Positions 13,111 through 27,930 of a stretch of 64,000 bases of DNA are shown one piece after another; positions within the stretch are counted from its first letter, which is position 1, and every line of letters starts with the position of its first letter. Position numbers and translations under genes: made by a program. The notes beneath the pieces are model-generated. The model was given only the letters and a program-made list of their open reading frames with translations. It did not search any database and had not been told where the DNA came from. Source of the stretch: the human T2T-CHM13v2.0 reference genome, Homo sapiens; NCBI RefSeq assembly GCF_009914755.1, contig NC_060933.1; one strand, 5' to 3'.

Positions 13111-14940
13111 TGAGTGATCTAAGGGTATGGAATTCCTAGCATATGGATGAGTCACTCATTATAGTAATTACAGTCAGGTGCTAGACATGCCACGTGTGCG
13201 CATGTACATAAACACACACATACCCCACACGTGTGCACACATACGTACATTCTCTTCTTGCTCTGTGCATGTTCCCAGAGTGATTTGCTCTTTCCTACTG
13301 AATTGATCCAAAGAGTTTGACTCATTTGCAGCAGCATTGTGAAAATTGAAATTCTTGGCAGGCAGGAAATCATAGCTGATGGGTCAGGAGACCTGGTCTG
13401 GAGGGTGGTGACCTGGGAGGGGAACTATCCTGGGAGTGGGGCTCTTACTCCTAGATATCTGGGGACACAGTCATTGAGCTCTGCAATTCAGAGAATTGCT
13501 CCTTGTACCAAAAGAACTAAGGCCACTTTGCAAATATCACAGGACGGCAGATGTATGACATTCAGATACTTTGGAGTTCAAAGTCTTTCATCCAGGAAGT
13601 GCCCTTTGCCCCCTTTGACTGATGCAGTGCCTCAGTAGCCACCCTCTGATGTTGTTGAGAAGGTGGTGATAGGCCTGAGCTGCTTTTTGGAGGCATTTCT
13701 GAGCATTTGGTCAGGTGGGAGGTGAGTCAGATGAGGCGATAAGGAGATAGATGCAGAGGAAACCAACATTTGTAGCCCTCACTCACACATCCTCATCATT
13801 CCTCATAGCCTGGCTTGGAACTGCTTCTCAGAAGATCTCAGTCAAATCTGCTGACATTTGCACCCTCATCTTCCTTGACATTGCTACAACAATGGACACT
13901 GTTCATAACTCCCTTCTTGAAAAATCTCTTTTCCCTTGGCTTAATTTTCTTCCTCTTGACTTCTTTTGTTGCTATGGATGTGGATGTTCTGCAAGGCTGT
14001 GACCTCTCCACCTTCCCTGATCCATTTGCTATCCCTTGGTGGTCTCATCTGCTTGGGGAGCTTCAAGTGTCACCTCCTGTACCCCAGTGATGGCTGGCTT
14101 TTCAGTTATAGCCCTGATCTCTCTCCTGCACCCTAGAACCCTGTTCCAGCTGTCTGCTGCATAGATCCCTCTGCTTGCATGTTCCTTTGACAGCTCACAC
14201 TTGGCATGTCTGAAATCAAACTTTGGTTTCCAGGAAGATGATGGTGAGTGCCAGAAGACTCTCTTAACAGACTGTGTTTTAGGCTCTTAGGCAGTATGGT
14301 AGACTGAGAAATAAGCCTCTCCCTCCCAGTCTCCTGCTTCAAACACACAAACACAAGTTCTGGATAAAATACAACCAAATTAAAAAACCAACAAGCAAAG
14401 CTAAATTAGAAGCCAAGAAAGGGAAGTCACCATGTGTTAAAAATAAAGTGCTCTCAGAGTCAAAACAGTGAGCAGAGTTCAGAGAAACTGCTGTGTATAA
14501 GCCTTTGCAGCTGGGAGCTAGGGTTGTAATGCCTGCACAGAGAGGAGAGTCCGGCTGCCCACACATGGGGGGCTGTAATTCAGCTACCCGTAGAAATCAG
14601 AGAGACACGTCAGGTATTGCTGCATCAAAAAGTCCCTCTCCAGCCTAGGAGAGCCCCAAGGGAGCATGAATGGAAAAACTCATCTATGAGAAATTGTCAC
14701 CCTAGCCTGAACCTCATGCAGCGAAGGGATCTGAATACATGTTACATATGACCTGCATTGGTGTGGGGACCTCAGACCAAGAAATGAGGGGCATGGAGAT
14801 TGAGAGCATAGCCTCTTAAATCAGACACCTGGGTTGAGCCCTGGGCTTACCTCTTACAATGAGGATTAAATGAGTAAATACATGAAAAAATGTTTAGAAC
14901 TATGCCTGACTCATATTGAGGGGTTGGTAAGTATTACCTG

Positions 14941-14972
14941 TTGTTGTTGTTGTTGTTGTTGTTGTTATTATT
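14941..14972. repeat. (TTG)n/(TTA)n microsatellite at the end of a MIR
   Basis: Seen directly; explains the poly-Leu ORF at 14941. Confidence 0.9.
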
Positions 14973-16372
14973 AATATTTTCAACTCTTCTTGACTATTCT
15001 CGAATGGGTTGGCAGAGGCTTCCATCCTTGTATGACAGGGCCTTTTACTTATGGCCTGAACTGTCATCCTCTTTCAGCTGGTCCCATTGCTTTGGGACTT
15101 GCTGTCTCTGGGCCACCCTCACACCGTTACTGGAGTGATCTCTCCAAAACATACCTTCAAGGTTTTCACATCCCTGGTTAAAGATAGTTTTTAGTGTTCT
15201 CCCTCAACCCCTCGTCCACCTTGCTAGGATGGGGGCTGTGTGCCATCGCTCCTTCAGAGCAGCATTGTGCTCAGATACAACCATTCCGACACCAGTTTTT
15301 CTTTTTGATCTGCCATTTGAGCATTTATTTCACCTTCAGTTTTATGATAATAATATTTTGTCAGCCAGTCTTTAACCATCATGTGGATTTCCAACCCTGT
15401 ATTTCAGTGATGCCTCTGAGTGAAGGAAAGAGACTGAGCTAGAATGAGAGAGAGAATTGGTCTGTCCTCGTGAGTGTTTCTGAGAGAGACTTGCATCTAG
15501 GGATGTGGCACATGATGAAAGCTGGTGGCTGCTGAGTGTCTTGCAGAGTGCTGAGGACATAATAGACGCATTTTGACATTGGCAGCAAACACCAGAAGAT
15601 TTCATACCTACTTCCTGACCCTAAAAAACAAACCATACACCTTTCAGCTGTGGCCAGCAGTGCATCTGCTACCACCAGCAACACAGCAACTCAGAGCCCC
15701 AAGTCATGTGTGCAAGAGATGCTAGAGTTGGCCTGAGGAATTTTCTGTTAAAACATGGCCATAATCAACTCATTCTTTTCGATTTGCTGTTCATGCTTAG
15801 CAGTTTGTGATTGGTACCCTGTTTGCAAGTTGAGCTGAAGTATCTGGAAAAGTAGAATAAGCAGTCAAAATGGTGTTCACATGCCTATGGCATCCAAATG
15901 GCCAAGTCAAAACCACACTTTGTCCAAAGGTGAGTTTCCATCTCTCCAGTCTTTTCTAGTCTTACGCAAAGCAACACTTACCTCCACTTTAGCCAAACTA
16001 CTGTTTCCTTGAACATCCCTTGTATGCCCACCTCCAGGCCCGTGCTCATGCCTTTTGTGGCCTCGGGTCCTCTCCAGCCCCATCTGTGCTTGTTGAAATC
16101 CCTCTAGACTTGTTTTCAGGACTACCTCTTCCTGCAGTTCCTTCTTTGGGTAATAGAGTTTGTTCTTCCCCTAGAGAGCCCTTTCCTATGTAGTGTTCCT
16201 GATTCTTCCTTGCTAAACCAGGTTGAACAAATGAGATGTATATTTGGTGCCTGACTCTCTGCCCACCGCCAGACCAGATCTGGACCCTGAATGGGCCCTT
16301 GGCAAACTTATATCAGGGGATCGATCTCAACCTCCCAGCTCTCTACTCTTGGGTCTTTGTGGGAATATCTGC

Positions 16373-17520
<1,148 letters not shown>

Positions 17521-19290
17521 AGAAATATTATTCTCTCGAGGCAAGGGAACAAGACACCAAAGTCCTCATAAAGAAAATTTGGAGAAATTTTTTTCTCCTC
17601 CATGGAGACAGCTTCCAGATTTGAACTGCTTTACTAGAAAGGGGAGTGGTGGTATGATCAGTCAAATACAAGTGCCACATACAAGGTACTCAGAGCATGA
17701 TGGGAAATTTCCAAAAGCCACCCACTTCTTCAGATATTTCTCCAAGATTTGTGACCTTCCTGGCTTTTGACCTCGTGGTTTGTGAGTCCCATTTACCCTT
17801 TCTACCATGAAAATGATTCAAAATTAATAAGCAGGGACTTTGTTTTTACCTTATAAATTAATTCATTTTGCATATGTGGTTATAGCCCCTTTCTCAGTCC
17901 TATGTTGTATATTTTTGCTTTTTATTAGAAATTTTACCTATTTTATTGATATTTTATAAAAATTAGCTCTTAGATTTAGTTATCATTTCTATAGGTTTGA
18001 TATTTAGCTTTTTTTAGTTTGATGGTTTGTTTTTTAACATGCCAATTTTGTCATTGATTTCTTTCTCCAGTTTTCCCACTATTTTCTTAGCTTGTTGAGT
18101 TGAATATTTAGTTCATTTATATTAGTTCTTGTTTAATAATAAATGAGTTTAAAGCCACAAATTTTCCTCCTAATGTGCTTTTGGCCTCATCACATAGTTT
18201 AACGTATAGTATTCTAATTATGTACGGCTTGTAAATAGTCCATTATCTTGGCTTTTATTTGGTCTTTTGCCCAAGAATTATTTGAATATTCAAAATTTTC
18301 CAAGTAATTGGGTTTTTCAGTTATTATTGTTATTTTTCTCATTATTCTTTTATGCAGCAAATATTTTGGCAGTGTTTCCTCTGTGTCAGGAATCATACCA
18401 GATGCAGAGAACAGTAGAGTGGATGCAGCCAGCATGGTCAGCCTCCTCCTGGAGTCCATAATTTGTTGAGGGAGACAGAAATGTTATCATACAGGCAAGC
18501 ACAATCATGATCAGTATTATGGAAGAAAATCCCAGGGTGCCCCAAGACTTCTAAACTTTACTAGAAGTGAAGCTAGACTTAGTGAAATGTTCTTTAACCT
18601 TACTTTCTTATCTCTTTTCTTGAACAAGAATGGTTTTAGTATCTGTTTGACTCTGGGTAAGCAGACAATTTACTTTCTTCTATGTAGTTCTGATGGTTTC
18701 TTCCTGAGGCTTCCCATAAACTCCAAAATCTAAGGGACCCTCAAGTTCAGATGAGGTTTGCAGTTTATAGTTCTTGTAATGAAAGCTTAAAACATGTGAG
18801 TAAATGCTGTTATTTTCTGAGTAAACAAACCCTATATTTAAAAAATTAAACCTAAAAAACTTATTATCAGCATTACATGCACGTGAATTTTAAAAATCAC
18901 TAAGTACTGAAAGGTTTAGTGAAACAACTAACATTCGTCACTCATCTCTCCACACCCCAATTATTCCCCAGAGGCAACCACTTTCAGTTTATTGGCTTCT
19001 TCTAGTAGTTTCTGCCATATACTTACCAATGTGCTTTTGCTACAGTTTCTTGACCCATCTGCTTTAGACAGCATCTGGTGACTTCTTTGTATGGTAGATG
19101 TTGGTTTAGTTTTCCTGAACCACCTTCCCTTGTTCCTCAAACACATTCATCATTATAGTGAAATCACTTTTGTTAAATGAATATTTGGTGTTTTAATGAT
19201 TAGGAATGAGTAAATATGCGTCACTATATAGTCAAGTAGTAAACTATGAATAACATGTCCTTCCTTGAATATTTTGTCATTTCCCTGGAT

Positions 19291-19946
19291 TTATTTATTT
19301 TTTTGTTTTGTTTTTGGTTTTGGTTTTGGTTTGTTTTGTTCTTGTTTTGTTTTGGTTTGTTTGGTTTTGTTTGTTTGTTTTTTGTTTTTTTGTTTTGGGT
19401 CTTTCTATTGCCCAGGCTGGAGTGTAATAGCTCATAGCTCACTGCAACCTTGAACTCCTGGGCTCAAGCAATCCTCCCGCCACAGCCTCCTGAATAGCTG
19501 GGACTACAAGTGTGCACCACCATGCCCAGCTAATTTTTTTAATTATTATTATTTTTTTGAGACAGAGTCTCACTCTGTGGCCTAGACTAGAATGCAGTGG
19601 CCCACCCTTGGCTCACTGCAACCTTCGCATCCCGGGTTCAAGGAATTCTCCTGCCTCAGCCTTCTGAGTAGCTGGGATTACAGGCGCACACCACCAGGCC
19701 TGGCTAATTTTTGTATTTTTAGTAAAGATGGGGTTTCACCATGTTGGTCAGGCTGGTCTCAGACTCCTGACCTCATGATCTGCCCACCTCAACCTCCCAA
19801 ATTGCTGGGATTACAGGCGTGAGCCACTGTGCCCGGCCTTAAAATATTTTTGTAGAAATGACATCTTGCTATGTTGCCCAGGCTGGTATCAAACTCCTGG
19901 CCTCCCAAAGTAGTGAAATGATAGTTGTAAGCTACCATGCCCTACC
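19291..19946 (-). mobile_element. AluJ split at its A-rich linker by a younger Alu; long (GTTT)n tail
   Basis: Right arm about 19397-19535, degenerate left arm about 19845-19946, tail 19291-19396. Confidence 0.85.
19541..19838 (-). mobile_element. AluS nested in the AluJ
   Basis: Complete reverse Alu from ttttgagacagagtctc to gcccggcc. Confidence 0.93.
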
Positions 19947-20679
19947 TATTTTTCTGGAATTTCTAATTGCCTTAAAAAACTTTTTCTTATCCTATCTACC
20001 AGATATCTAAGTAATCCTAAAATTATTTTATGTTTATTTTTTATTATATATAATAAATATGTCTATCCCCTCCCCTCCATGTGCCATCATGTCAGGTTTT
20101 TAATCAAGCCTTCTTTTTCTCTGGGGACATCTCTTCCAGGGCTGATCCAGTGTGCACCAGTTGTTCTTAAGGCCTGCTATTCATTGGTCATCCTGGAATC
20201 TCCCTTTGCTACTCCTGGATTGGATCCACAATTTCCTGTTTCCCATGTCTTACTAATTCCTGGCTTATTCCTGCATTTATCTAGAGGAAATTCTCAGTTT
20301 TCAAATACATCATCGGAAATACATGTTTAGGGTTTTCTGATGTCTTCTAGTGACTTATGCACTATTCTTGAGAAATCTGATACTGTCTGAGTCTCATTTG
20401 TAGGCACAGAAGGGAGCAGATGAGTAAAGTTAACTAGATTTAGCCCTTCTGAATGTCTGTGTGAGTGTGTGGGGCAAGTTGGGGATGAGGCATAGAAGAT
20501 AGGCTGATCAGCTCTGAGGTGCTGTCCATACAGGCACTTGACAGGCTGGGCAGGTAGGCTGGGCATGGCAGGGAACATGGGCAGTCCCCCAGCTGAGACC
20601 AGAGAACCAGTGGCCTGAGCCCTGGGAGCCAGCTTGGCCCAGGCACAGTGTGTGTGAGGAGGACATCCAGATTTGTTTA

Positions 20680-21091
<412 letters not shown>

Positions 21092-21249
21092 ACAATGGAG
21101 CTGTTTTCCAGTAGGTATGTGGTTCTGGTCTGAGTATATATTGTTCATTGGCAAATTTCTCATCCTTAAGTGTTCATTTCAAATGCTGCCTCTCTATATA
21201 GCTTTCCTTGACACTTCCTTTTCCCATAATTCATTTATAATAATAATAA

Positions 21250-21384
21250 TTATTTTACAGACAGGGTCTTGCTCTGTCACCCAGGCTGGAGTACGGTGGC
21301 GCAATCAAGACTCACTACAGACTCACTACAGCCTCAACCTCCTGGACTTAAGCAATCTTCCTGCTTCAGTCTCCCAAGTAGCTC
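21250..21384 (-). mobile_element. AluJ/FLAM-type fragment
   Basis: agacagggtcttgctctgtcacccaggctggagt..cagcctcaacctcctggacttaagcaatc. Confidence 0.8.
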
Positions 21385-23020
21385 ATTTATTATTTGTCTG
21401 GGTTATCAGTCTCTGTTTACTTACCACATTGCTATACTATATCTCTCTCCTGTGTTGAATCAAGTTCCCCAAAGATATTTGGAAAAGTTACTTAATACTT
21501 GTGATTATGAACTGGAAATGGAGGTAAAAGTCCTTGCTCCATTTTTACCACTGGGCTTTGTGAAGATTAGATGAGTTATATATTACAGTGTCTTACAAAC
21601 AGCAAGTAGAAGATGGTGTTTTTCCCTGTCCATTTTAGCAGACCAGTTAAGCAGCCATTGTCCTGAGCATCTGTGTAGCATCCCCACACTGAGATGTCCT
21701 GAATTCCCTAGTGGGAAAAGAAAAGTTCACTTTTATTCTTCAACTTCTTCAGCACCAGAACCTTCCTTTCAGCATATTCTTCTGCCTCTCCTTACCGAAG
21801 TTCGTAAGCTATCACTGCTCCTGTGCAAGTGGGCTGTCTTATGGCTGCATCCTCTGTGGTCCCAGAGGCTGAAGATGAAGGAACCAGGCAGGGCCTGCCC
21901 AAAGCAGCCCAGGGCTCCCTAATGCACCAGACATGGCCTGAGTTTGGGAATTGCAGACCAGGTCTCAGGAACTGCACTGCTTCCCCAGGTGCTAGGCAGT
22001 CATTTTCCCACTCCTCTCCATTGCACAATGGGGCTTTTGAACACTGGCCTACGTCAGTCTGATGGACATGGTGGGTCTCTTGTTCTAGGTTCTTGCACAG
22101 AGCATCAAGGTCTGAAGAACTTGGCCAAAGGGACTCCAACCCTGGGGCTTCTGTTTATTCATGCTCTTGGGCTTAGCCATTGACCTCCAATCCCAGAAGC
22201 ACTAGGCCCTGGCAGCTAGACTCACAGGTGCTGCCAGCATCAGCCTCATGCTTTGCCTCAGCCACCCCTCCCCGAACTCCTCCTTTTAAGCCTGGCCTTT
22301 CTGCCTAGACTTCTTTCCTTAAAGCCACGTTTAGTCAGCCATGTTGCCATTTTCTGGCACTGGGCCTTGACTTGGGACTTTCAGGTTAACCACAGCCTGA
22401 GTCCTTAGCATAAAGTCTTGAAAACCAGGAGTTCTGGTTTCTGTTCCTTTCTTTTGAGAAGGCTTCAAATGCACATTGAGCCGCCATTTACATACCAGAG
22501 ATCTCAGTCACAAAGGATTTGCTTCTCTAATCTCTGACTAGGGATACCTGTTCATCCTGTATTTGCTTAACTAAGTTGCCCCTTCGATGACTGCATGTAG
22601 AAAAGAAGGTTATCTTCTTTTGATTAAAATTACCACACCCAGTGTAAATATGACACAGTTGACTGTAGGGGATCTGGAGGATATAGCCTGGATTCGAGTG
22701 GTGGCTTGGCTTTGTATACATGGGCATGTGAATTGTGTGGAACTTACTGGGACTTTCAGCCCTGGAGATGGTGAGGAGAGCAAATAGCTGTGGATGCAGG
22801 GAAAGAGACCTGGTGTAGCTGTGAAATAACTCTTCAGGTGACCCTGAGCAGTCTGCTTTTCTACCTCAGCACCTTGCTGTTGTAGGCTCTCTGCACCCAC
22901 AAATTGCTGTTATGTGGGGGATTCTGACATCATGTAGAACAGTGGGCCAGGTCGCTTTGGGGGATAACTTCCAAGTGTGAGATTCTGTGACAATGACAAG
23001 ATTGAAGCTTTCCATCTCTG

Positions 23021-23497
23021 TGATGTAGGGAAGGCAAACCCTAAAATTGGTGCTTAGCCCTGGAGGGTTCTTGGCTTTGCCCAGGAGAGAATTCAAGGGT
23101 GAGCTGGTGGTGTTAGACAACAGCTTTTATTGAAGTGGCACTGTATAGCAGCAGCAGCAGAGATGTTGCTTCTTGTGGTATGGGGCTTATCCCATAGGCA
23201 TTGTGCCCAGAGTAGCAGCTCAGAGGCAGGTCATATTTATATATGTTTTTAGTTACATGCAAATCAAGGTGCAGATTATGCAGAAATTTCTAGAAAAAGG
23301 GTGGTAACTTTCAGGCCATTGCCATGGAAAGGGGTGGTAACATCCAGGTGCTGCTATGGCAATGGTAAACTGACGTGGCACACTGGTGGACGTGTCTTAT
23401 AGAAAGCTGCTTCTGCCTCGTCCCTGTTTTAGCTAGTCCTCAATTTGGTCCAGTGTCCAAGCCCCACCTCTGGAGTCGAGTCCTGCCTCCTTCTTCA
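23021..23497 (-). mobile_element. ERV1 (MER4-group, MER50-like) solo LTR
   Basis: TG...CA termini, about 480 bp, minus-strand AATAAA (+ tttatt near 23127), and ttttagctagtcctcaatttggtcc..gagtcgagtcc text recalled from this LTR class; subfamily uncertain. Confidence 0.7.
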
Positions 23498-23655
23498 TAT
23501 GCACGAAACAGCCTTTTAAAATCCTTAGTTCTGTCCAGGATTCGGCACACCATAGATATGTCACTTAGGATTTTCCCTTTTAGTCTTCATCCACAGTTAT
23601 CCATCTTTAGCTTCTTCTGGTTTACTTATTTTGCTATATTTTCTTCTCATTCTAG

Positions 23656-23782
23656 CTTTTAAATCGAAAAGACAAGACTACCTTTGAGAAATTGGACTAC
23701 CTGATGTCGAAAGAAGATAATTACAAGCGGACACGGGAATATATCCGAAGCCTGAAGATGGTTCCAAGTATTCCCTATCTAG
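23656..23782 (+). CDS. RALGPS1: RALGPS1 internal coding exon, [42 protein letters not shown](G)
   Basis: Acceptor ...ttctcattctag|CTT and donor CTAG|gtagga; 127 nt, phase 0-1; RasGEF motifs N-Y-x-x-x-R and P-x-I-P-Y-L-G. No further RALGPS1 exon recognised up to the window end. Confidence 0.96.
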
Positions 23783-24443
23783 GTAGGAGTTTGAATTGGC
23801 TTATTATTTTTTAAGAAACCTACTCGGTGCCAAATAAGATGTTTTTACAGTTTCTACCTGAAAAATTTCCAGGAAGCGACATGGCCCGTAGATAAAGAGG
23901 CAATTGGTTGGCTCTTTGGGTTGGAACAGGCTGTTGGTACTTCCCAAGGTTGGAAACCTGGATTAGGGTGATATACAAGTGATGTTCTGCTTTTTATATA
24001 AAAGACCTGTGGGCCCCAGGGTTCCCCAGGCTGCAGCCCAGATGGGTCACAATGAGAGTGATAAGACTCGTACTGGTTCATCCACATCCTCCTGAACTGG
24101 GGCATGTCAGGCACAAACCCTCTGTTCTGGTTCTCTGGGCATTATTAGTATATTTCATATTTGTACAAATAAAATTATAGTAATGTTTATTTTTCTGGTT
24201 AGAAAATAATGCATGTTAATTGTAAGGAATTAGAGAAAAAAGTTAATATCTTTTGTTATCTCACCTAAAGATATTTGCTTCGTATCTTATTGATTTGGGC
24301 ATATCTAAAATATGTATGCTTACTCTATCCTAAAAATGTTATTTTTATCTTAAAAATTTTATCTACTTTTCGATGCTATGACTCATTCCCATCAGATGGA
24401 TTTGTCAAACTCGAATCTGCTCTCCAATATTGACCATTTAAGG

Positions 24444-24749
24444 CAGCAGCCCTCAACCTTTTTGGCACCAGGGACCAGTTTCCTGGAAGACAGTTTTTCC
24501 ACGGATGGAGAGTGGGCTTAGGAGAGTGGTTTCAGGATGAAGCTGTTCCACCTCAGATGATTACTCTGAGGAGGAGCACACAACCTGGATCCCTCACATG
24601 TGCAGTTCACAGTAGGGTTCGCGCTCCTATGAGAATCTAATGCTGCCACTGATCTGACAGTGGGTGGAGCTCAGGCAGTAATGCTTGCTAGCCCATCGCT
24701 CACCTCTTGCTGTATGGCCCAGTTCCTAATAAGGAGTTGGGAACCCCTG
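24444..24749 (+). mobile_element. MER1-type (hAT-Charlie) non-autonomous DNA transposon
   Basis: Terminal inverted repeats cagcagccctcaacc / gagttgggaacccctg; perfect 8-bp duplication ATTTAAGG at 24436-24443 and 24750-24757; internal ggcaccagggaccagtttc..gaagacagtttttccac. Confidence 0.92.
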
Positions 24750-25727
24750 ATTTAAGGTATTTCTACATTTTTGCTATTAAAATGTCTCAATGAACGTCCT
24801 TATTGCAAAAACTTTCTACATGTAGTTATGATTATTACCTTGTGATAAATTCCTAGAAGTGTGCACAGCTTCAAAACGTATGCAAAAACGTATGCCTTTT
24901 CATGTATATTTCCAAAATGCACTCCAGAGAAGTTGTGTCAATTTGTACTTTCATCAGAAGGGGATGAAATTGCCTGTTTCTCCCACATTACAAATACTAT
25001 GCTTTTTCATGGTTTTCCTTTTCCTTTTTCTTTCTTTCTTTTTTGTCTTTGCCAATTTGATAGGTGAAAAATACTTCTTGTAGTTTGGATGTCAGGGTTT
25101 TGCCAGTTTTATGAAAAAATCTTTTGATCTTTTATGATCTAAAATAATTCTAATAACAAGGGAAACCAACATTATATAGAAGTGACTCCTGATATTTGCA
25201 AGGGATCTAGTGCAATTTTTTGAAGTTACATTTTTGACAATTTTAAAATTTCTTTCATGAGCATTGTTTATTTAGATTTTCTTTCTTTTAATTAAAAATT
25301 AATTAGAATATTTAATTCTTTTAAAGCCAACTTGGAAAATTTGTTTTTTAGTAGAAAGTTGTCCATTTGTTCCAGATTTTCAATATTACTAGCATAGTTT
25401 TTTTCTTATTTAATTTTTTGACAATATAATATTCTCTTATAAATTTGAATCTCTCTCTCTCTCTATATATATATATATACACTAAATACTAAAGCAAGTA
25501 TAACTAAAAATATACTAAAACTAAAAAATACTAAAGCAAACATATATATATATATGGTTATATTTGCTTTAGTATTTCTAATAGTTTAGTATTTCTCATA
25601 CTTTGTATTTTTTGTTTTCTTTCTTTTTTAAAATTTACCTCCTTGCCAGAGGTTTGTCTATTGGTCTTTCCAAAGATTAAATTTTGGATTTGTTTTCAGT
25701 CACACTGTCTTTCTGCTTTTTAGTTTA

Positions 25728-25912
25728 CTGTATTTTATCAATCAAGGATGTGCATTTTCTTTCCACATTTTAACACTTCTGAAATTGGGATACATCTTGC
25801 AATTGATAACAAAGCATTGTGACATTTTTTAATTGGCAGCAGTTTTTCTTAGTGATACATAAAAAAAGACACACCTGATAAAAGGTGACATCTTAAACAT
25901 AATGAAATATGG
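25728..25912 (+). mobile_element. TcMar-Tc2 type element (MER104/Kanga-like)
   Basis: Degenerate TIRs ctgtattttatc / aatgaaatatgg; internal cacattttaacacttctgaaattgggat. Confidence 0.55.
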
Positions 25913-26646
25913 ACTTTCCATGTTTGTCTCTTATGATTCATCTCTCCTGTTTTCCTTAAGTTGTTTCACCATTTCTGTTAACTACTAGAGTTGAATTACT
26001 GGTTTATTTGTGTATATGTTTTTTTTTCACTTTAATATAGAAAACAGTTAAGGCTATACATTTTCCTCTAATTACTGCTTTTGTTGCATCCTACGTGTTT
26101 TGGTGTGTAATAGTCTCAGTGATATTCTTTAAATACTCCCTATAGTTTTAATTTTTCTTTTATGCAAATATTATTTAAGACAGTGTTTTTTTCATTTTCA
26201 AGGGCTTAGGCTTTTGTTTTTATTTTTAAAACAGTTTACTGAAATATAATTAATACATAATCCATTTAAAGTGTACAATTCACTGGTTTTTAGTAATAAT
26301 CACAGTTGTGCAAACCATCACCATGATCAGTTTTAAAGCATTTTTATCACTCCATAAAGAAACCCCACGCCCATGAGCAGTCATTCGCATTTCCCTCTAG
26401 CTAACCCTCCTCTCCCACCTTCAGCCTTAGGCAACTATTAATCTACTTTGTGTCTCCACACATTTTCCTATTCTAGAAATTTCATATAAATCCAATCATA
26501 CAATATGCTGTCTTTATGACTGGCTTCTTTCTCATAGCATCATGTTTTCAAGGTTCATCCATGCTAGAGCATGAGTAGTACTTCATTCCTTCTTATTGCC
26601 AAATAATATTCCATTGTACCGATGCACCACGTTTAATTTATCCATT

Positions 26647-26900
26647 TGTTTTTTTAGACAGGGTCTGGCTCTTTTGCCCAGGCTGGAGTGCAGTAGCATG
26701 ATCTTGGCTCACTGCAGCCTGAAACTCCTGGGTTGAAGTGATCCTCCCGCCTCAGCCTCCCAAGTAGCTGGGACTACAGGTGCACGCCACCACGTCCAGC
26801 TAATTTTTTTGTATTTTTTGTAGAGACGAGGTTTCGCCATGTTGCCTAGGCTGGTCTCAAATCCCTGAGCTCAAGCAATCTGCCTGCCTTGGCCTCCCGA
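26647..26900 (-). mobile_element. AluJ (5'-truncated) inside the L1MB
   Basis: ttagacagggtctggctcttttgcccaggctggagtgcag...ccttggcctccc. Confidence 0.9.
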
Positions 26901-27379
26901 TATCCATTTATTTGATAAACATTTGAATTGTGTCCATTCTTTGACTATTATGAGTAATGCTTCTATGAATGGCTTAGGTTTTTAAAAACATAGTTTTCTC
27001 TAATTTTTGAGATTTGTTTTGTGGCTTAATGTAAGATCGGTTTTTATACATGTTTCATGGTGCATGCTGGAAAAGAAGGTGTAATGTCTCAAATTAATCT
27101 ATAATTGCGTTGTAATGTTCAAATTATAAATTTTTGACAACTTGGTCTATCCAGAAAGAAATATATGTTACAGTCCCCTTATATTTCTAGTAGTTTCTGC
27201 CTTACATATTTAATATATAGAAATTTGTAACAGTTGTAGATTCATTGTGAAGTACTCCATACAAAGTTATCTTGGTTCCATTTGTTACTTGCTTTTACTT
27301 CTATTGTCTGATATTAATTGTGTGACATCTATTTTGTTTTTCATTTGGATTTTTTTGCCAAGTGAAGACATTATTTGTA

Positions 27380-27885
27380 TTGATAGATAATATTTTACAT
27401 ATTTAAGGGTCACGTGGTATTTTGTTACATTCATAGAATGTATAATAATCAAGTCAGGGTATTTGGGGGTATCCAGCACCTTGAGTATTCATCATTTCTG
27501 TGTGTTGGGAACATTTCATGTCCTCTCTTTTAGCTACTTCAAAATACACAATACAGTGTTAACCATAATCACCCTACTCTGCTATTGAACATTGGAACTT
27601 ATACCTTCTCTCTAACTATGTTTGTATCCATTAACCAACCTCTCTTTATTCCTCCTTCCCACCCACACACACTTCCCAGCCTCTGGTATCTATCATTCTA
27701 CTCTCTGCCTCCATAAGATCAGCTTTTTTAGCTAGCACATATGAGTGAGAACATGTGATAGTTGTCTTTCTGTGCCTGGCTTATTTCACTTAACATAGTG
27801 ACCTCCAGCTGCATCCATATTGCTGCAAATGACAGGATTTCATTCTTTTTATGGCCAAGTAGTACACCATTGTGTGTGTGTGTGT

Positions 27886-27930
<45 letters not shown>

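Larger units (their letters stand above)
25100..27370 (-). mobile_element. Cluster of old L1M/L1MB fragments antisense to RALGPS1
   Basis: T-rich text with an L1MB 3'-end signature at about 26220-26640 (ggcaactattaatctactt..ttctagaaatttcatataaat..aaggttcatccatg). Confidence 0.7.

Noticed and set aside
19224-19453. Lys/Gln/Asn-rich and Phe-rich ORFs
   Set aside because: Translation of the (GTTT)n Alu tail.
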